The notes beneath the pieces were generated by a model that saw only the letters and a list, made by a program, of their open reading frames with translations, was not told the origin of the DNA and did not search any database. Source: an uncultured Gammaproteobacteria bacterium (GTDB lineage Bacteria; Patescibacteriota; Microgenomatia; CAYXHB01; CAZYTL01). From it: DNA of 64,000 nucleotides. Positions 49,801-59,437 of this stretch are shown here, piece by piece. Location: the NCBI GenBank assembly GCA_964650355.1, contig CAZYTL010000001.1, forward strand, positions 149,552 to 213,551, read 5' to 3'. Both the position numbers and the translations under genes were made by a program. The number at the start of each line of letters is the position of its first letter. Position 1 is the stretch's first letter.

Positions 49801-52800
49801 GGCGTTACATAGTTATTATGGATATACTCAATTACTTGGAATGTGGCGTAAGTGTCTTTATTCGGCTTGGCTGTCTCATTAAAAAATTTCTTGCTGTAAA
49901 CTCCGGTCTCGGCCGCCTGCTCTACCACACTGAAGGTCAATTCCCTGAACTTCCCGGCTGATTGCTGAAGAATATTAAATTGTTCATCGCCAATTCCCCG
50001 CTTAGCTAAATGCTTCTTAAAATAATCTAGTGTCTCTTGTGCGTATTCGCCTTGTAAACCATATGGGTTGGCAATATCCTTACGATCTCCAAGCTCCCTT
50101 TCAAGCTTAAGCAGAGTTCCCAAATCATCCTCAGTCATTCCTAATTGATCTAAGGGTGAAGTGATGTCTTTAATAACTGAATCCAGATAGAGATAAACCG
50201 CATTTCTCCTCATCTGCATTTCCTCTAGCTGCATCCGAAGTCGTTGTTTGGGAGATATAATAATGCCGTAGTCTTTTGAAATTGAGTCTACCTTGCGATA
50301 AATAGGATCAAAGCGGGTAATGTGCTGTCTCATAAAGCCCGCCCAAACAGACATTACTCTTTCCATTATCGACTGTCGGGGAAGCTTCTCTTCCATGATT
50401 CCCTTACGGATAGCCTTTGCCTCTGCAAAACCCTCGTAGATGGCATTTAGCCGCTTCTCCTGCACTACATCAGCTGGCTCGTTAAGCAAATCCCAAATTA
50501 CAAACAAATTTTCTTGTACTGCTGGCTTACGGTCTAAATATTCAATAAAGCCCTGCCAGAACTTAGGAGCTTCTGTCTGTAATCGCTTGGGATCATTAAA
50601 TAAGACACTGATCGCATCGGCGTATAATTCCTTTGAAGATCGACGGTATTTATCGTATTTACTTCCTCCCTTACGTTCAAATTCTCCCCGCCATTTTGCA
50701 GATAAATCCATTAACTCATTTCTAATCGCCTTGTTGGTTGATAAATTTCCATAAGTTCCGGCTATATGTTTTTTTAATGTTGCCAATCGCCCCAATAAAT
50801 TACCCCGCGACAACAATTCGTCGGGTAAATAATCAACCAAATGACCAATCTCATGTGCCAAAGTTTTAGTAGCCGTCTCAATATCTGAAAAAATATCAGC
50901 CCTTAATTTAATTTTTCCACCTTCCTTACCGATAAAAACCCCCAAAGCTTTTTGTCCCCCTCTCGTTCCGACTTGTTTCTTAACTACTGGATATTTATTC
51001 ATCAATTCCCTTGTGAGTCCAACCATCTCTGGAAATGGAACTATCTTCACTTCACTCTGAATCTTTGTCAAATTCGGTAATGATTCAAAACCACCAATAG
51101 CAGCAGCTGAAGTCGTGCCTTTTTTCACTAGAGTTTCTCCTTTCGCCAATGCCTCAACCTGCTTCATTAAAACGTTTTCACTTATTCCCAACGCTGTCGC
51201 AACCTCATCAGAGGCCAGTTGACCATTTTTACCCTCTGGAATATGTTCACGGAATAATAAACCAGTCTTCTTACTTTTCTTCTCAGCCAAAAGTCTAAAC
51301 ACTTTCACTAAATACTTAACATCATCGGCAGAATTTCCATACTTAGCGTATTTATCCACAACTCCTTCCTTTTGTGCTCGTTTCATTTCCAACTCTCTCT
51401 CTCGATTTACTGCATTTAATAGTTTTTCATAAGCTGGCTTGATACCTTCAATTCCTGAATATAACTCCTGGGCAGCCGCCAGATCTCCGCTATCAATCGC
51501 TTCCTTTACCATCTCTAGTTCAGCCTTGGTTTCTTCCGGTAAATTCTTCAATAATACCTCTACTGTTTCTGATGGGGGAGGGGCTTCCTTTAATTCTTTT
51601 GCTGTCTGCTTAATTTTATCTGATAACTTACCTGTTTCTAAAAGATTCTTATTATTGGGGTAAATTACCAACTTGGAATCAGTTATCTCTCCTTTTAATA
51701 CGCGTAGCCTTTCTTGTAGATAATCCCTTTGCTGATTAATATCTTCACTTTCTTTTCCTGATAACTCATCCAACTTTTTCTGAATAGCTTCTGGATCAAT
51801 TGAATTAAGAACAGATTCACCCAATCGCCGTTTTTTTATTTCTTGTTTAATTATCTTAGGTACTGAGGGCTCCACAATTTCCACTCTCAATGCAGTCTCA
51901 TCTTCCGTGGGTGATATTTTTATATTTTTATTGTCCCGTTGCGCTTGAAGTGCCGCCTGGAATACCTGCTTGCCAGTATCGCCCTTAATTTCATTTTTCG
52001 CCAACATCTTCATTGCCTCATCCGGTGTCAATTCTATGGTTGACAATGCCTTTACCACTTCCTCTTGTTGGGGTGTGCGCTCTTCGCGGGGTATCTCAAT
52101 TGCCTTCTGAATCTTTTCTTTTATTTGTTGACCAACTTCTTCCGGAGTTGATTTTTTTCCCGTCAATCCAATCACCCCGGAAACTGTCACATCTGAGAAA
52201 CCACCAAGCAATGCCCCAACCACCGCCGATTCCTTAACCCCCTCAAATAAATCCTTGTGTTTGTTATAAGTTTGAGCCACGGCGTTTTGGACAATTTGTT
52301 GAAGTCCCTCCGTGACCCCTTCCATGCCGGACTGAATCGCCACATCAACCATCCCCTCTGTAATCATTTTTAGTAATGGCTTTTTAACTGTGGATCCTAA
52401 GCCTGTTTTCCTGATTAGTCTTTCTAAGGGAATCACGTCTAGTGCGCCCATGATGGATCCACCAATCATGGCTAAGGGCATTGCTTCATTATCGGAAAGT
52501 CCTGCGGTTCTTGCTTCTACATAAACATCATTGGCGTTCAATCCATAAGAAGTAGATAAACCGACCTCCGTAGCCAATATTGGGTTCTTCGTCACTACCT
52601 CTGTAGCCAAAGCCAGACCATAGCTAACAGCCATCTGGGGTACATTGTATGCGGCCATTTCTAAATAACCCTGCAATCCTGTCGAAGGCGTATAGGTCTT
52701 TTTGAATTCCTCCTCTGCCTTTTGTTGTTTTGTATATCCAGACTCCTTAAGCTGTCTAGCATATTCAGGTGATCCAATGATTGGACCCTGGATGGTAAGT

Positions 52801-53186
52801 GCTGATTCTTTCGGCTGATATTTTTCGCCACCAGGCAAAATCTTTAATGTTGTCTTAATAAAAGCTCTATTAATTTTCCTCTGAATGTCTGTTAAATTAG
52901 CCAGGATAATTCCGCCGGCAGTCTCAAACTGCCCAGGCGTGGCTTTCAACCCACCAACAAAAGATTGTCCCAGTTTTTGAAGATTCAACCCCTCAATTGT
53001 ACCCGTTTCCTGTGGTCCAGTTTCTATTTTATGTATTGGCTCCGTGGGTATAATCGGTCTATTTGTACTGGGCAGGAATTTGACAATTTCCTCATGTGTT
53101 GGAATTCCAAGTCGTTGGGTACTTAAAACCTGGTTCTTTTTAAGTTCCTGTTCTATTTGCTGGTGAGTGGGAAGGGTGAAGGGCAT
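46878..53186 (-). CDS. giant virion protein, tape-measure/ejection-like, with zincin HEIGH motif and C-terminal lytic transglycosylase (SLT) domain
   Basis: 2102 aa; Gly-rich and coiled-coil N-terminal third; TLAHEIGHLVDY; C-terminal FSESGFNPGA...DVGIAQLN...AYNRG SLT motifs. Confidence 0.6.
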   Translation of the reverse strand: MPFTLPTHQQIEQELKKNQVLSTQRLGIPTHEEIVKFLPSTNRPIIPTEPIHKIETGPQETGTIEGLNLQKLGQSFVGGLKATPGQFETAGGIILANLTDIQRKINRAFIKTTLKILPGGEKYQPKESALTIQGPIIGSPEYARQLKESGYTKQQKAEEEFKKTYTPSTGLQGYLEMAAYNVPQMAVSYGLALATEVVTKNPILATEVGLSTSYGLNANDVYVEARTAGLSDNEAMPLAMIGGSIMGALDVIPLERLIRKTGLGSTVKKPLLKMITEGMVDVAIQSGMEGVTEGLQQIVQNAVAQTYNKHKDLFEGVKESAVVGALLGGFSDVTVSGVIGLTGKKSTPEEVGQQIKEKIQKAIEIPREERTPQQEEVVKALSTIELTPDEAMKMLAKNEIKGDTGKQVFQAALQAQRDNKNIKISPTEDETALRVEIVEPSVPKIIKQEIKKRRLGESVLNSIDPEAIQKKLDELSGKESEDINQQRDYLQERLRVLKGEITDSKLVIYPNNKNLLETGKLSDKIKQTAKELKEAPPPSETVEVLLKNLPEETKAELEMVKEAIDSGDLAAAQELYSGIEGIKPAYEKLLNAVNRERELEMKRAQKEGVVDKYAKYGNSADDVKYLVKVFRLLAEKKSKKTGLLFREHIPEGKNGQLASDEVATALGISENVLMKQVEALAKGETLVKKGTTSAAAIGGFESLPNLTKIQSEVKIVPFPEMVGLTRELMNKYPVVKKQVGTRGGQKALGVFIGKEGGKIKLRADIFSDIETATKTLAHEIGHLVDYLPDELLSRGNLLGRLATLKKHIAGTYGNLSTNKAIRNELMDLSAKWRGEFERKGGSKYDKYRRSSKELYADAISVLFNDPKRLQTEAPKFWQGFIEYLDRKPAVQENLFVIWDLLNEPADVVQEKRLNAIYEGFAEAKAIRKGIMEEKLPRQSIMERVMSVWAGFMRQHITRFDPIYRKVDSISKDYGIIISPKQRLRMQLEEMQMRRNAVYLYLDSVIKDITSPLDQLGMTEDDLGTLLKLERELGDRKDIANPYGLQGEYAQETLDYFKKHLAKRGIGDEQFNILQQSAGKFRELTFSVVEQAAETGVYSKKFFNETAKPNKDTYATFQVIEYIHNNYVTPAIKEAIGTLKPIENPATSSILKTAALIEQIELQKGKRAVVDQLLENFPTDISKSKPVKPKGVRVGWKKVKNRVPLELFEDGKRIAYDVDPYIAQMFDFYLPGEIHNIVKASGAFNRLFKPVVTTYNISWGFYANIIRDAKRTYKNLGAILPQVGNKKGLSIIEFISEYLKAIPGAYRYQNDVIDPLVREALDYRAFTTPFTKFDTTANEAEWLKPIIKRYRPVTDDVKQGGLKEQMLKPVRKILNGIELVGSTFETTSKVAGYQLTKKRELSGREAGFITRNYVGTPNFIDGGNQKVVDNNVFVFSNVALQALRTDFELATNPQTRSGYWMKTFQVDILPKMLMLAGIAGLFGATVKEILDKATEYDKTNYIIVPLGLRKNGKATYWRIPQDETGRLFSAVVWKLGTYLNHDLKKPEQIGYLLSGYIPSMTPLWEIGGAWMNVLQGKNPYDNYRGRPVVDDITWKAGGLPMYMKMIKWTTNELGFSQFTTYSDETDTTLDYLLKNIPLVNRAIKSTDYGMKESEQVIKKELDKQAAQRVLKERKILADYIKRGKENPESVDRLKKELVREVVGDKILTEADRRRRTNTLKKFKIGLIKGEVSQEMDSLIEATTNDEKVELMKLYKKSLTPEQYDDLLNTARKNKVISDEALKRIRREVGEAPTDEQNLLLGFLESAHAKIVPDVLAAENWTKADWEREKANPKPSFWEKVKRAITRLFQREPVTWVSPTAKPEGLTEKTDEDPYRVRDLLNGKIEVSYPNGQTSIFDTEEEKDRALAAWQKMYPEVTGKEWPDGAPNYIASQEAAAEVQQSSKNPEPIPTSAIVSGFKEKERKKPNEQIGGLINSAAENSGVVPAVMASIFFSESGFNPGAKNQNSDGSWDVGIAQLNSNAHPNVTQEQALDPVFSIVYATKIIKQNLKTFEGDYAKAIVAYNRGVNRVKSKDIDTLGKQYLNKVVAGIDPVVLKELGLKISY

Positions 53187-53197
53187 AATTCATAAAA

Positions 53198-54679
53198 TCA
53201 CAACGCCTGAAGAACCTCATTTCGAATGTCCTCCGGCACGTTAGAAATAGTCGCCTGCCCGTTATTAATTGCATTAGCCCACGTCTGTATCTCTGATTCA
53301 TTGTTGGCATTGGCTGCATAACTAGTCCGATATTGCTTTTCCAACTCCTTAACCATCGCCGGGCCAAAAGATATCCTCGACGCGCTCTGGGCTGCCGTTA
53401 AATACTCTTGGAATGTTGGTGCACCCGCCTTAATCTGTAGTGCTGCCAACACCTCATTTCTTATTTCCTCTGGCACCTGAGAAATCGTAGCTAATCCATT
53501 ACGTACCGCATATACCCAGGTCTGCACATCACTGTCTGTACTGACTGTACCGTCTTTGGGAACCCTGTAATAATGAACAGTTCCTCTTGAATCAATAAAA
53601 CTTCTTAGTTGGCTGGCCGGCACGGTTGAAGGATTAACCACCGCCACCCCACCCTCCAGAGTTATTTTATTCGCCTGCTCTTTTACTTCATTGGCATACT
53701 GAGCATTAGCCAATTTAGAATTGATCGTCTCGACTGAATCATTTAGTGATACTCCCCCCTGGGCCATCAATAAAGCAGTGTTCGGATCCACCATTAATTC
53801 CTTAATCATGTTGACTGCTGCCTGGGCATTAGTAAGGTCTGTCTTTTTAAGATTAAGCTGTTCTTCAGCCAATTTTTTAGATTCATTATCCAAACTAACA
53901 ATATCCTGACGATTCAAATTCAAAATTGTCTCATAATAGGCAATCTGGTCCTGTCTATCCGCGGTAATTGCCCCCACCGATCTATCAATCATATTCTCAG
54001 CCACCGCTATTTGGCCGTTCCTGGCATTAATTACTGCCTCTATAACCCCTGCCCGGGCAGCCACATCATCCATTGTCTTTTGGATCCGGGGATTCCGGAC
54101 CGCCGCCAATCCTGTAATTTCCTTTTGTTGTTTGATCAGATCATTTCCCTCTGTTAATAATTGATCCAATTCATTAACTAATTTTTGATTTTCCTCAAAA
54201 TTCTGATTAATATACAAACTCTCCCGCTGTGTCTTCTCTAAGTCTGCCCTAAATGGCTCAGTCAATGGCTTAACTTTCTCTAAAGTTTGCTGCTCCTTTT
54301 GTCTCGCCGCCTCCATTTGTGCATTATTTAAGTCCTGTTGCTGTTTTAGGCTGTCCTCCAACGCCTTTCTTGCCGTATCTAATTGACCCTGTAAACTTGT
54401 GACATATGACTGATTCGCTCCGGAGCTTAATGGTACGCTGACCGGCGTCTGAATCTGGTTTGCCTGATATTCTTGCTGTTGTTGCTGTACGTATTGAACA
54501 TTCGCCGGATTAGTCTGCGCAATTACCTCTGCGGAGGTCTGTTTCCCTGGCTCGTATTCACCTGAAGCCAATAATTGACCATTTAGATATCGCCTTGAGT
54601 CGTACCACTTTCCCTCTTCGGGGGCAACAATCTTTCCATTGTCTAGTCTAATTTGATTTCCTGAAATTAATGTAGCCAT
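53198..54679 (-). CDS. coiled-coil protein with duplicated C-terminal ~30-aa motif
   Basis: 493 aa; QTWVYAVRNGLATISQVPEEIRNEVLAALQ and QTWANAINNGQATISNVPEDIRNEVLQAL. Confidence 0.35.
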   Translation of the reverse strand: MATLISGNQIRLDNGKIVAPEEGKWYDSRRYLNGQLLASGEYEPGKQTSAEVIAQTNPANVQYVQQQQQEYQANQIQTPVSVPLSSGANQSYVTSLQGQLDTARKALEDSLKQQQDLNNAQMEAARQKEQQTLEKVKPLTEPFRADLEKTQRESLYINQNFEENQKLVNELDQLLTEGNDLIKQQKEITGLAAVRNPRIQKTMDDVAARAGVIEAVINARNGQIAVAENMIDRSVGAITADRQDQIAYYETILNLNRQDIVSLDNESKKLAEEQLNLKKTDLTNAQAAVNMIKELMVDPNTALLMAQGGVSLNDSVETINSKLANAQYANEVKEQANKITLEGGVAVVNPSTVPASQLRSFIDSRGTVHYYRVPKDGTVSTDSDVQTWVYAVRNGLATISQVPEEIRNEVLAALQIKAGAPTFQEYLTAAQSASRISFGPAMVKELEKQYRTSYAANANNESEIQTWANAINNGQATISNVPEDIRNEVLQAL

Positions 54680-54729
54680 AAAAAAGCGCCGTGGATATCC
54701 ACAACGCTTTTAATAAATATATTATAACA
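54680..54729 (-). promoter_or_regulatory. promoter-hairpin cassette I (TGTTATAAT; hairpin+U6 directly abutting AUG)
   Basis: -10 at 54721-54729; hairpin AAAGCGUUGUGGAUAUCCACGGCGCUUU at 54683-54711; A-run touches start codon 54677-54679. Confidence 0.55.
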
Positions 54730-54733
54730 GCTA

Positions 54734-55561
54734 TTAGGCTATTTGGTCTTTGAAAATAATTACTCTGAAATTATAGTCTTTATCAGATCCTTGTGAAGTC
54801 TGCCTTACATTACACACAATATCGCTTATCGAAGCATATGCGTCAATAATCACGGGCTGTGGCGCCCGCCCTTGAGGAAGTATTCGTTGGTAACTATCCA
54901 ACCATGTATATTTCACATAGGCTATAAACGCAGGCACATATCCCAATGAATGAGAAACTGAAATAGAGCCAGTTAAATTACCGGCTGGAATAGTCAAATC
55001 CTTCGTCTGGTCATCGTGGTACTTTAGCATTGGCAAGTCAGGATGTAATAAAATTTCCCCGATATCAGTTGTTGCAACATCAGCCCCTTCCTTAACAACC
55101 TTTATCCCGTAATCTGCGGTTAACAAACTTGCAATATCTCCACTTTCATCACCCCCTAAAAAGTACCCAAAATAATTAACTGTAATATCGCCACCGCTAC
55201 TGTTTCTTAAATATAACCTGAATTTTGTGCTATCAACGTAACTAAACGCCAGGTCACCGTTTCCGTCTATTCCAACATCAACCCAAACATTCGAGTCAAT
55301 ATCTAGTGACGATCTTTTAATTGCTCCCATCCACCATCTGAAAGTCGATTGTTTTGTCCAAAACAAAGTTACCGGGACAAATGGTAGCCCATGATTGATC
55401 TCCACGGCTGCGTAACTGCCCGCCGGCACGTTTACGGATCCGGAGAAAGACCCGCAAATTTTAACGGTCCCATAACCAGAGTGCAGGACAAAGTCCCGAG
55501 GATCATTAGAGCCAATATCTTTTCCAGGCCGGCTAATCTTAGCCCCATATTCAGTAGTCAT
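54734..55561 (-). CDS. tail-fibre-like protein (paralogous N-terminus with next gene)
   Basis: MTTEYGAKISRPGKDIGSN vs MSEVYGFKVSKPGHDVKTA. Confidence 0.35.
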   Translation of the reverse strand: MTTEYGAKISRPGKDIGSNDPRDFVLHSGYGTVKICGSFSGSVNVPAGSYAAVEINHGLPFVPVTLFWTKQSTFRWWMGAIKRSSLDIDSNVWVDVGIDGNGDLAFSYVDSTKFRLYLRNSSGGDITVNYFGYFLGGDESGDIASLLTADYGIKVVKEGADVATTDIGEILLHPDLPMLKYHDDQTKDLTIPAGNLTGSISVSHSLGYVPAFIAYVKYTWLDSYQRILPQGRAPQPVIIDAYASISDIVCNVRQTSQGSDKDYNFRVIIFKDQIA

Positions 55562-55563
55562 AT

Positions 55564-55878
55564 TTATCTAGCTTCTTGATGGAAATAATAATAACGAATC
55601 TCGTTAGAGCTTCCATTATTTAAGTTTGTTCCGTTAACTCCAACGTTTTGAGTTCCCCAACAGGCAGAATAACGAGTCATTGTCCCGACCACTTTATTAA
55701 CTGCAAAATAAATTGGCACATAGGATAGACCATGAGCCTGATTGTTGCCGGCAGCTAGATTTCCAAACCCCGCAGTCTTCAACATATTCAATTCAGAACT
55801 CATTATCAGGTCCTTGTCGGCTGCTGTCTTTACATCGTGTCCAGGCTTGGAAACTTTAAATCCATAAACTTCAGACAT
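55564..55878 (-). CDS. short paralog of tail-fibre N-terminal domain
   Basis: 104 aa sharing N-terminal motif with 54734-55561. Confidence 0.3.
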   Translation of the reverse strand: MSEVYGFKVSKPGHDVKTAADKDLIMSSELNMLKTAGFGNLAAGNNQAHGLSYVPIYFAVNKVVGTMTRYSACWGTQNVGVNGTNLNNGSSNEIRYYYFHQEAR

Positions 55879-55880
55879 AA

Positions 55881-56168
55881 CTAAAACTTACCCAATAACA
55901 CACGGTCATTTGTCTTATCGTTAATAAAAAATTGTCCATCCATAGTTATCCGAATCGTGCCATCAGCAAAATCAGCCGATCCCATCCACATACCATTCTC
56001 ATCTATGCCGAAAATATTATCCCCGTAGCCACGCTTAAAGGCGTTGGAAAAAGCCGACAATCCTCCGATTCGCTGGCCTATCTCCATCATCCCCGGATCC
56101 AGTTGCAATTCCAATTCTGCCGGAAGAATCGGTGTTGGCAATTTGGGTGTTAGATCTTTGATTGCCAT
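55881..56168 (-). CDS. hypothetical virion protein
   Basis: 95 aa. Confidence 0.25.
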   Translation of the reverse strand: MAIKDLTPKLPTPILPAELELQLDPGMMEIGQRIGGLSAFSNAFKRGYGDNIFGIDENGMWMGSADFADGTIRITMDGQFFINDKTNDRVLLGKF

Positions 56169-56170
56169 AT

Positions 56171-57622
56171 TTAACGCTCAACAAATACTCCCAATAAAGT
56201 AATCTTCCGGATCAAACAATTATTAGTAGTATTTCCATTTGTCCAATCGACCACCACCCTGACATCCTCAACCGGACCTAAATCAATAGAGCGGAAAACA
56301 TGCCTGGTTTTATTTGTCCCGCTTATCTGCAAGGCGGTTGCAGACTTAGCACCCTGATTTCCCTCCAAAGTAATATCAGCTCTGGCACTGGCTCCTAATG
56401 CTTTTGTCTGTACAATTACATCTGTAATCTTCCCCAATATTCTTCCCTCTGTTAAATCTATGAGGATACTCTTCCAATTACATGCAGTTTCCAGCCCCCC
56501 AAATCGTGCCAGGCGGTGACTTGTGCTTCCATTTGAGCTAGCAATCATTGGAAGGTCAAAAGGCGCCCCGATCCCTCCCACAAGGTTATATCCACCAAGT
56601 CTTAACCGACTGATCTGAATCGGTAACTGCTCCACTGGTGCCCCACAGTCCCAAAGATATCCGCCGGAGTAAAACAAAATGGTATTTTTATATAAAGTTT
56701 TTTGTCTATGGTCAGGTAATGATCCCTTAAAATATCGTAAAGGTTTAAGTTGTCTGCCTGAAATCCAACCAATCGCAAAGATTGTGGCAGCTAAATCATC
56801 TGAAACATAAGCCACATATACAATTCCGTTTAAAACATACAAAAATCCGATCTTCTGGGCTCCCACCCCTACTTCATCAGATAAAACATTGGAAAGAATC
56901 GATCCATCATAAATATATATTCGACTCTCCCGCCCTGCTACGTTGTTAACGGCAATCCACCAGACATTGGCATGAAACACCACATCTACCACTTCGTTTC
57001 CATCTCCGAAATTTAATTTTTGCACATCAAGTATTGCATCTTCCTCAATATAAACTCCCAAATACTGGCCATTACCAAAAACCAGAATACCCTTTTCTAT
57101 CTCATGGACCGCCGCTGGATGGGGTGCCTTTTCCAATGCCTGGTCCGTGGTCGATCCCCAGTCTGGATCAATCGCTTCGGTGTCCAATGGCATTGCTGCG
57201 ATCTCGCCGGCACTTTCAGTGTTGTAAAAAACAAATAAATTATTCCCTAGTCTGACAATGCTTTCCCCCTCGGCCATATTGGTAATTGTCTGTGGCCAAC
57301 TGGGAGTGCCACCGTTTTTCACCGTGTAATAATTTTCAATCTTAAATAATTTAGTAGTCCCTACTGCGAATGTGATTCCCGTGGCTGTTGGCTTATCCAA
57401 AATGAACCGGATCAACTGATCAACGACTCCGGACTCATTACCGTTTGTCAAGTCTAGTGAGCCAGGGCTTTGACCCAAAAATCCCGGAGTGCCGATTACA
57501 TCAGCCAACATCTCCGAAGCCTGCCCCCTGTCACCGATGAATGTTTGGCTATCAACGTGGGCTAGAGGGGAAAGTCCTTTATGAAAATCCGCAATCTCAA
57601 TCTTAAAATCTATATCTGCCAT
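56171..57622 (-). CDS. beta-rich structural protein (tail/receptor-binding candidate)
   Basis: 483 aa with repeated beta-strand-like segments. Confidence 0.3.
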   Translation of the reverse strand: MADIDFKIEIADFHKGLSPLAHVDSQTFIGDRGQASEMLADVIGTPGFLGQSPGSLDLTNGNESGVVDQLIRFILDKPTATGITFAVGTTKLFKIENYYTVKNGGTPSWPQTITNMAEGESIVRLGNNLFVFYNTESAGEIAAMPLDTEAIDPDWGSTTDQALEKAPHPAAVHEIEKGILVFGNGQYLGVYIEEDAILDVQKLNFGDGNEVVDVVFHANVWWIAVNNVAGRESRIYIYDGSILSNVLSDEVGVGAQKIGFLYVLNGIVYVAYVSDDLAATIFAIGWISGRQLKPLRYFKGSLPDHRQKTLYKNTILFYSGGYLWDCGAPVEQLPIQISRLRLGGYNLVGGIGAPFDLPMIASSNGSTSHRLARFGGLETACNWKSILIDLTEGRILGKITDVIVQTKALGASARADITLEGNQGAKSATALQISGTNKTRHVFRSIDLGPVEDVRVVVDWTNGNTTNNCLIRKITLLGVFVER

Positions 57623-57632
57623 AATTCACCTC

Positions 57633-59411
57633 CTAAGTCGGGGCAGGCAACTGGGCCTGTACTATCTCTGGATTCTTATTCGACAACGCTCCGGCTTGCT
57701 CTCTTTGGGGCAGTTGGGTCTCCGCAGGCGCCGTTTCTCTCCTGGGAGGGATAGGGATTCCCCTCGATCTGTAAATCTGGTCCAGGATCCAACCAATCCT
57801 CGCCGGATCCTTTTCTAATCCGATTAGATTTATCAAATCCTGTATCTGGTCCTGTATGTCGCTATTTTCACCAGTAATCGTTATAAACAACCTTGGCAAT
57901 ACATTTTTCCAGATTTCCTTAGAATTCTTAATTACTGGGTCTATCCGCCGCAATTCATCCAGCTTCTCCGCCTTAATTGTCTTAGCTATTTCTAGAGTAT
58001 GAGGACCGATTTTAACTAGATTTTGTGCATACCAACTCTCCGCCATAATTTCCCTGAATTGGTCTAAAATATCAGTGTCACCCACCAATCTGAAAATATC
58101 TTCACCCCTTAAATACTTCACCAACTCCGGCAATACCCACTCTCTGAATACCCGCTTATAAGGCAATGCCAGCTTTTGTCTTAACAACGCAAATAATCGT
58201 CCGGCGTTCTGATCAATCAATGCTCCCAACCTAAATGGCGTTCCGGAGGGCAATGATTCACCCCGGACCACCTCAAAAGAATTAGACAGTCTGTCCGCGT
58301 CGTTAATCAATCGGTTCCAGTCCGCTATCAGCTGATCCATCGCCTGCATCCTCACATCCAGCTGAGCCAGGTCCTCAGTGATCACCACGTCGCCATTATC
58401 TAAATCGGCTCGGATATTCTGCAACACAGTGGGATCCTTACTTCTGAAAATCACCTTGGAAGCCCATTCCAGCCCTGTAGCCAACTGATTCCCGATTTCA
58501 TTCGCTCTGATCTGGTGGTCAAATAGCAACTCATACATTCCTACCCGCCAAAATCTACCCTCGTAGCGTCCCCGGTGGGCATAGATATAATAATCAGACA
58601 TTTTTCCATCTAACTTCTCGGCGAACAACGTATACTTCTCCCCCGCCCCACTCTTCCTCAAACCCGCCAGGATTACCTTTGCTAAAAAGTGTTTATTTTC
58701 ATCTCCCCTCCCTTCCTCATTCACCTCATTAAACTCCTTTTCCGAAACTTCCCCGGTAAACTCAAAAATCTCATAAACCTTACCCGTCTTTTCAATGGGT
58801 GTGGTTTTATCAGCAGCCTTAAAAAACTTATTCCCTAATTCTTTAATTACCTCATCCACATGATTCCAATCCGACATAGATTTCAGCTCCGAAGCAATCA
58901 TCTCATGTCTTTCAATTAGGTCGGTGTTGTCAATCGACCTGGCTGTTTGATTAGTTATGTAAGCGTTCAGTGAATCTACCATCTCATAGCCGCCATCAAT
59001 CTTCTTAAACCCCACGTTTCCAGAAGTCACAAATTCCTCTACCGCCGCTTTTAATTTTTCATCTTCACCGTTTTCTGCCATCCATTCCTTCAGTTTGGCG
59101 TTAGAAATAAACACCGCTGGAAAATCCTTTTGAGGATTACGCGAAAAAATCAAGATGTGCTTGGTATCAAACCTTAAATTCTTCACCTCGCTGTCTGCCC
59201 GGTTAGAGATAATGTCAAAATAATAGTTGTAAGATAAATCCGCATTAATCTTGGTCCCCGACAAGTCACGATTCTTAAACCTATTTATCCTGTTAATTAG
59301 CTTATATTGACTAAAAAACACCCTCTCAGACAATTCAATATTCCGAGAGGTATAGTTCTCAATCTCGGATTCGATTCTGGAATATAATGTGGATTGGTTA
59401 GTCTTTGGCAT
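57633..59411 (-). CDS. large virion protein (possible portal)
   Basis: 592 aa acidic with Pro/Gln-rich C-terminus; call rests on size and context only. Confidence 0.25.
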   Translation of the reverse strand: MPKTNQSTLYSRIESEIENYTSRNIELSERVFFSQYKLINRINRFKNRDLSGTKINADLSYNYYFDIISNRADSEVKNLRFDTKHILIFSRNPQKDFPAVFISNAKLKEWMAENGEDEKLKAAVEEFVTSGNVGFKKIDGGYEMVDSLNAYITNQTARSIDNTDLIERHEMIASELKSMSDWNHVDEVIKELGNKFFKAADKTTPIEKTGKVYEIFEFTGEVSEKEFNEVNEEGRGDENKHFLAKVILAGLRKSGAGEKYTLFAEKLDGKMSDYYIYAHRGRYEGRFWRVGMYELLFDHQIRANEIGNQLATGLEWASKVIFRSKDPTVLQNIRADLDNGDVVITEDLAQLDVRMQAMDQLIADWNRLINDADRLSNSFEVVRGESLPSGTPFRLGALIDQNAGRLFALLRQKLALPYKRVFREWVLPELVKYLRGEDIFRLVGDTDILDQFREIMAESWYAQNLVKIGPHTLEIAKTIKAEKLDELRRIDPVIKNSKEIWKNVLPRLFITITGENSDIQDQIQDLINLIGLEKDPARIGWILDQIYRSRGIPIPPRRETAPAETQLPQREQAGALSNKNPEIVQAQLPAPT

Positions 59412-59437
59412 ACGCTAAAAATTAACTTGGTCTGTAG

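Noticed and set aside
46878-53186. Giant protein as virion RNA polymerase (N4-like), given the hairpin promoters
   Set aside because: No T7/N4-type RNAP motifs (DxxGR, R..K..YG, HDS) were found. The promoters have sigma70 -10/-35 elements, and the domain content fits peptidoglycan-degrading tape-measure/ejection proteins better.
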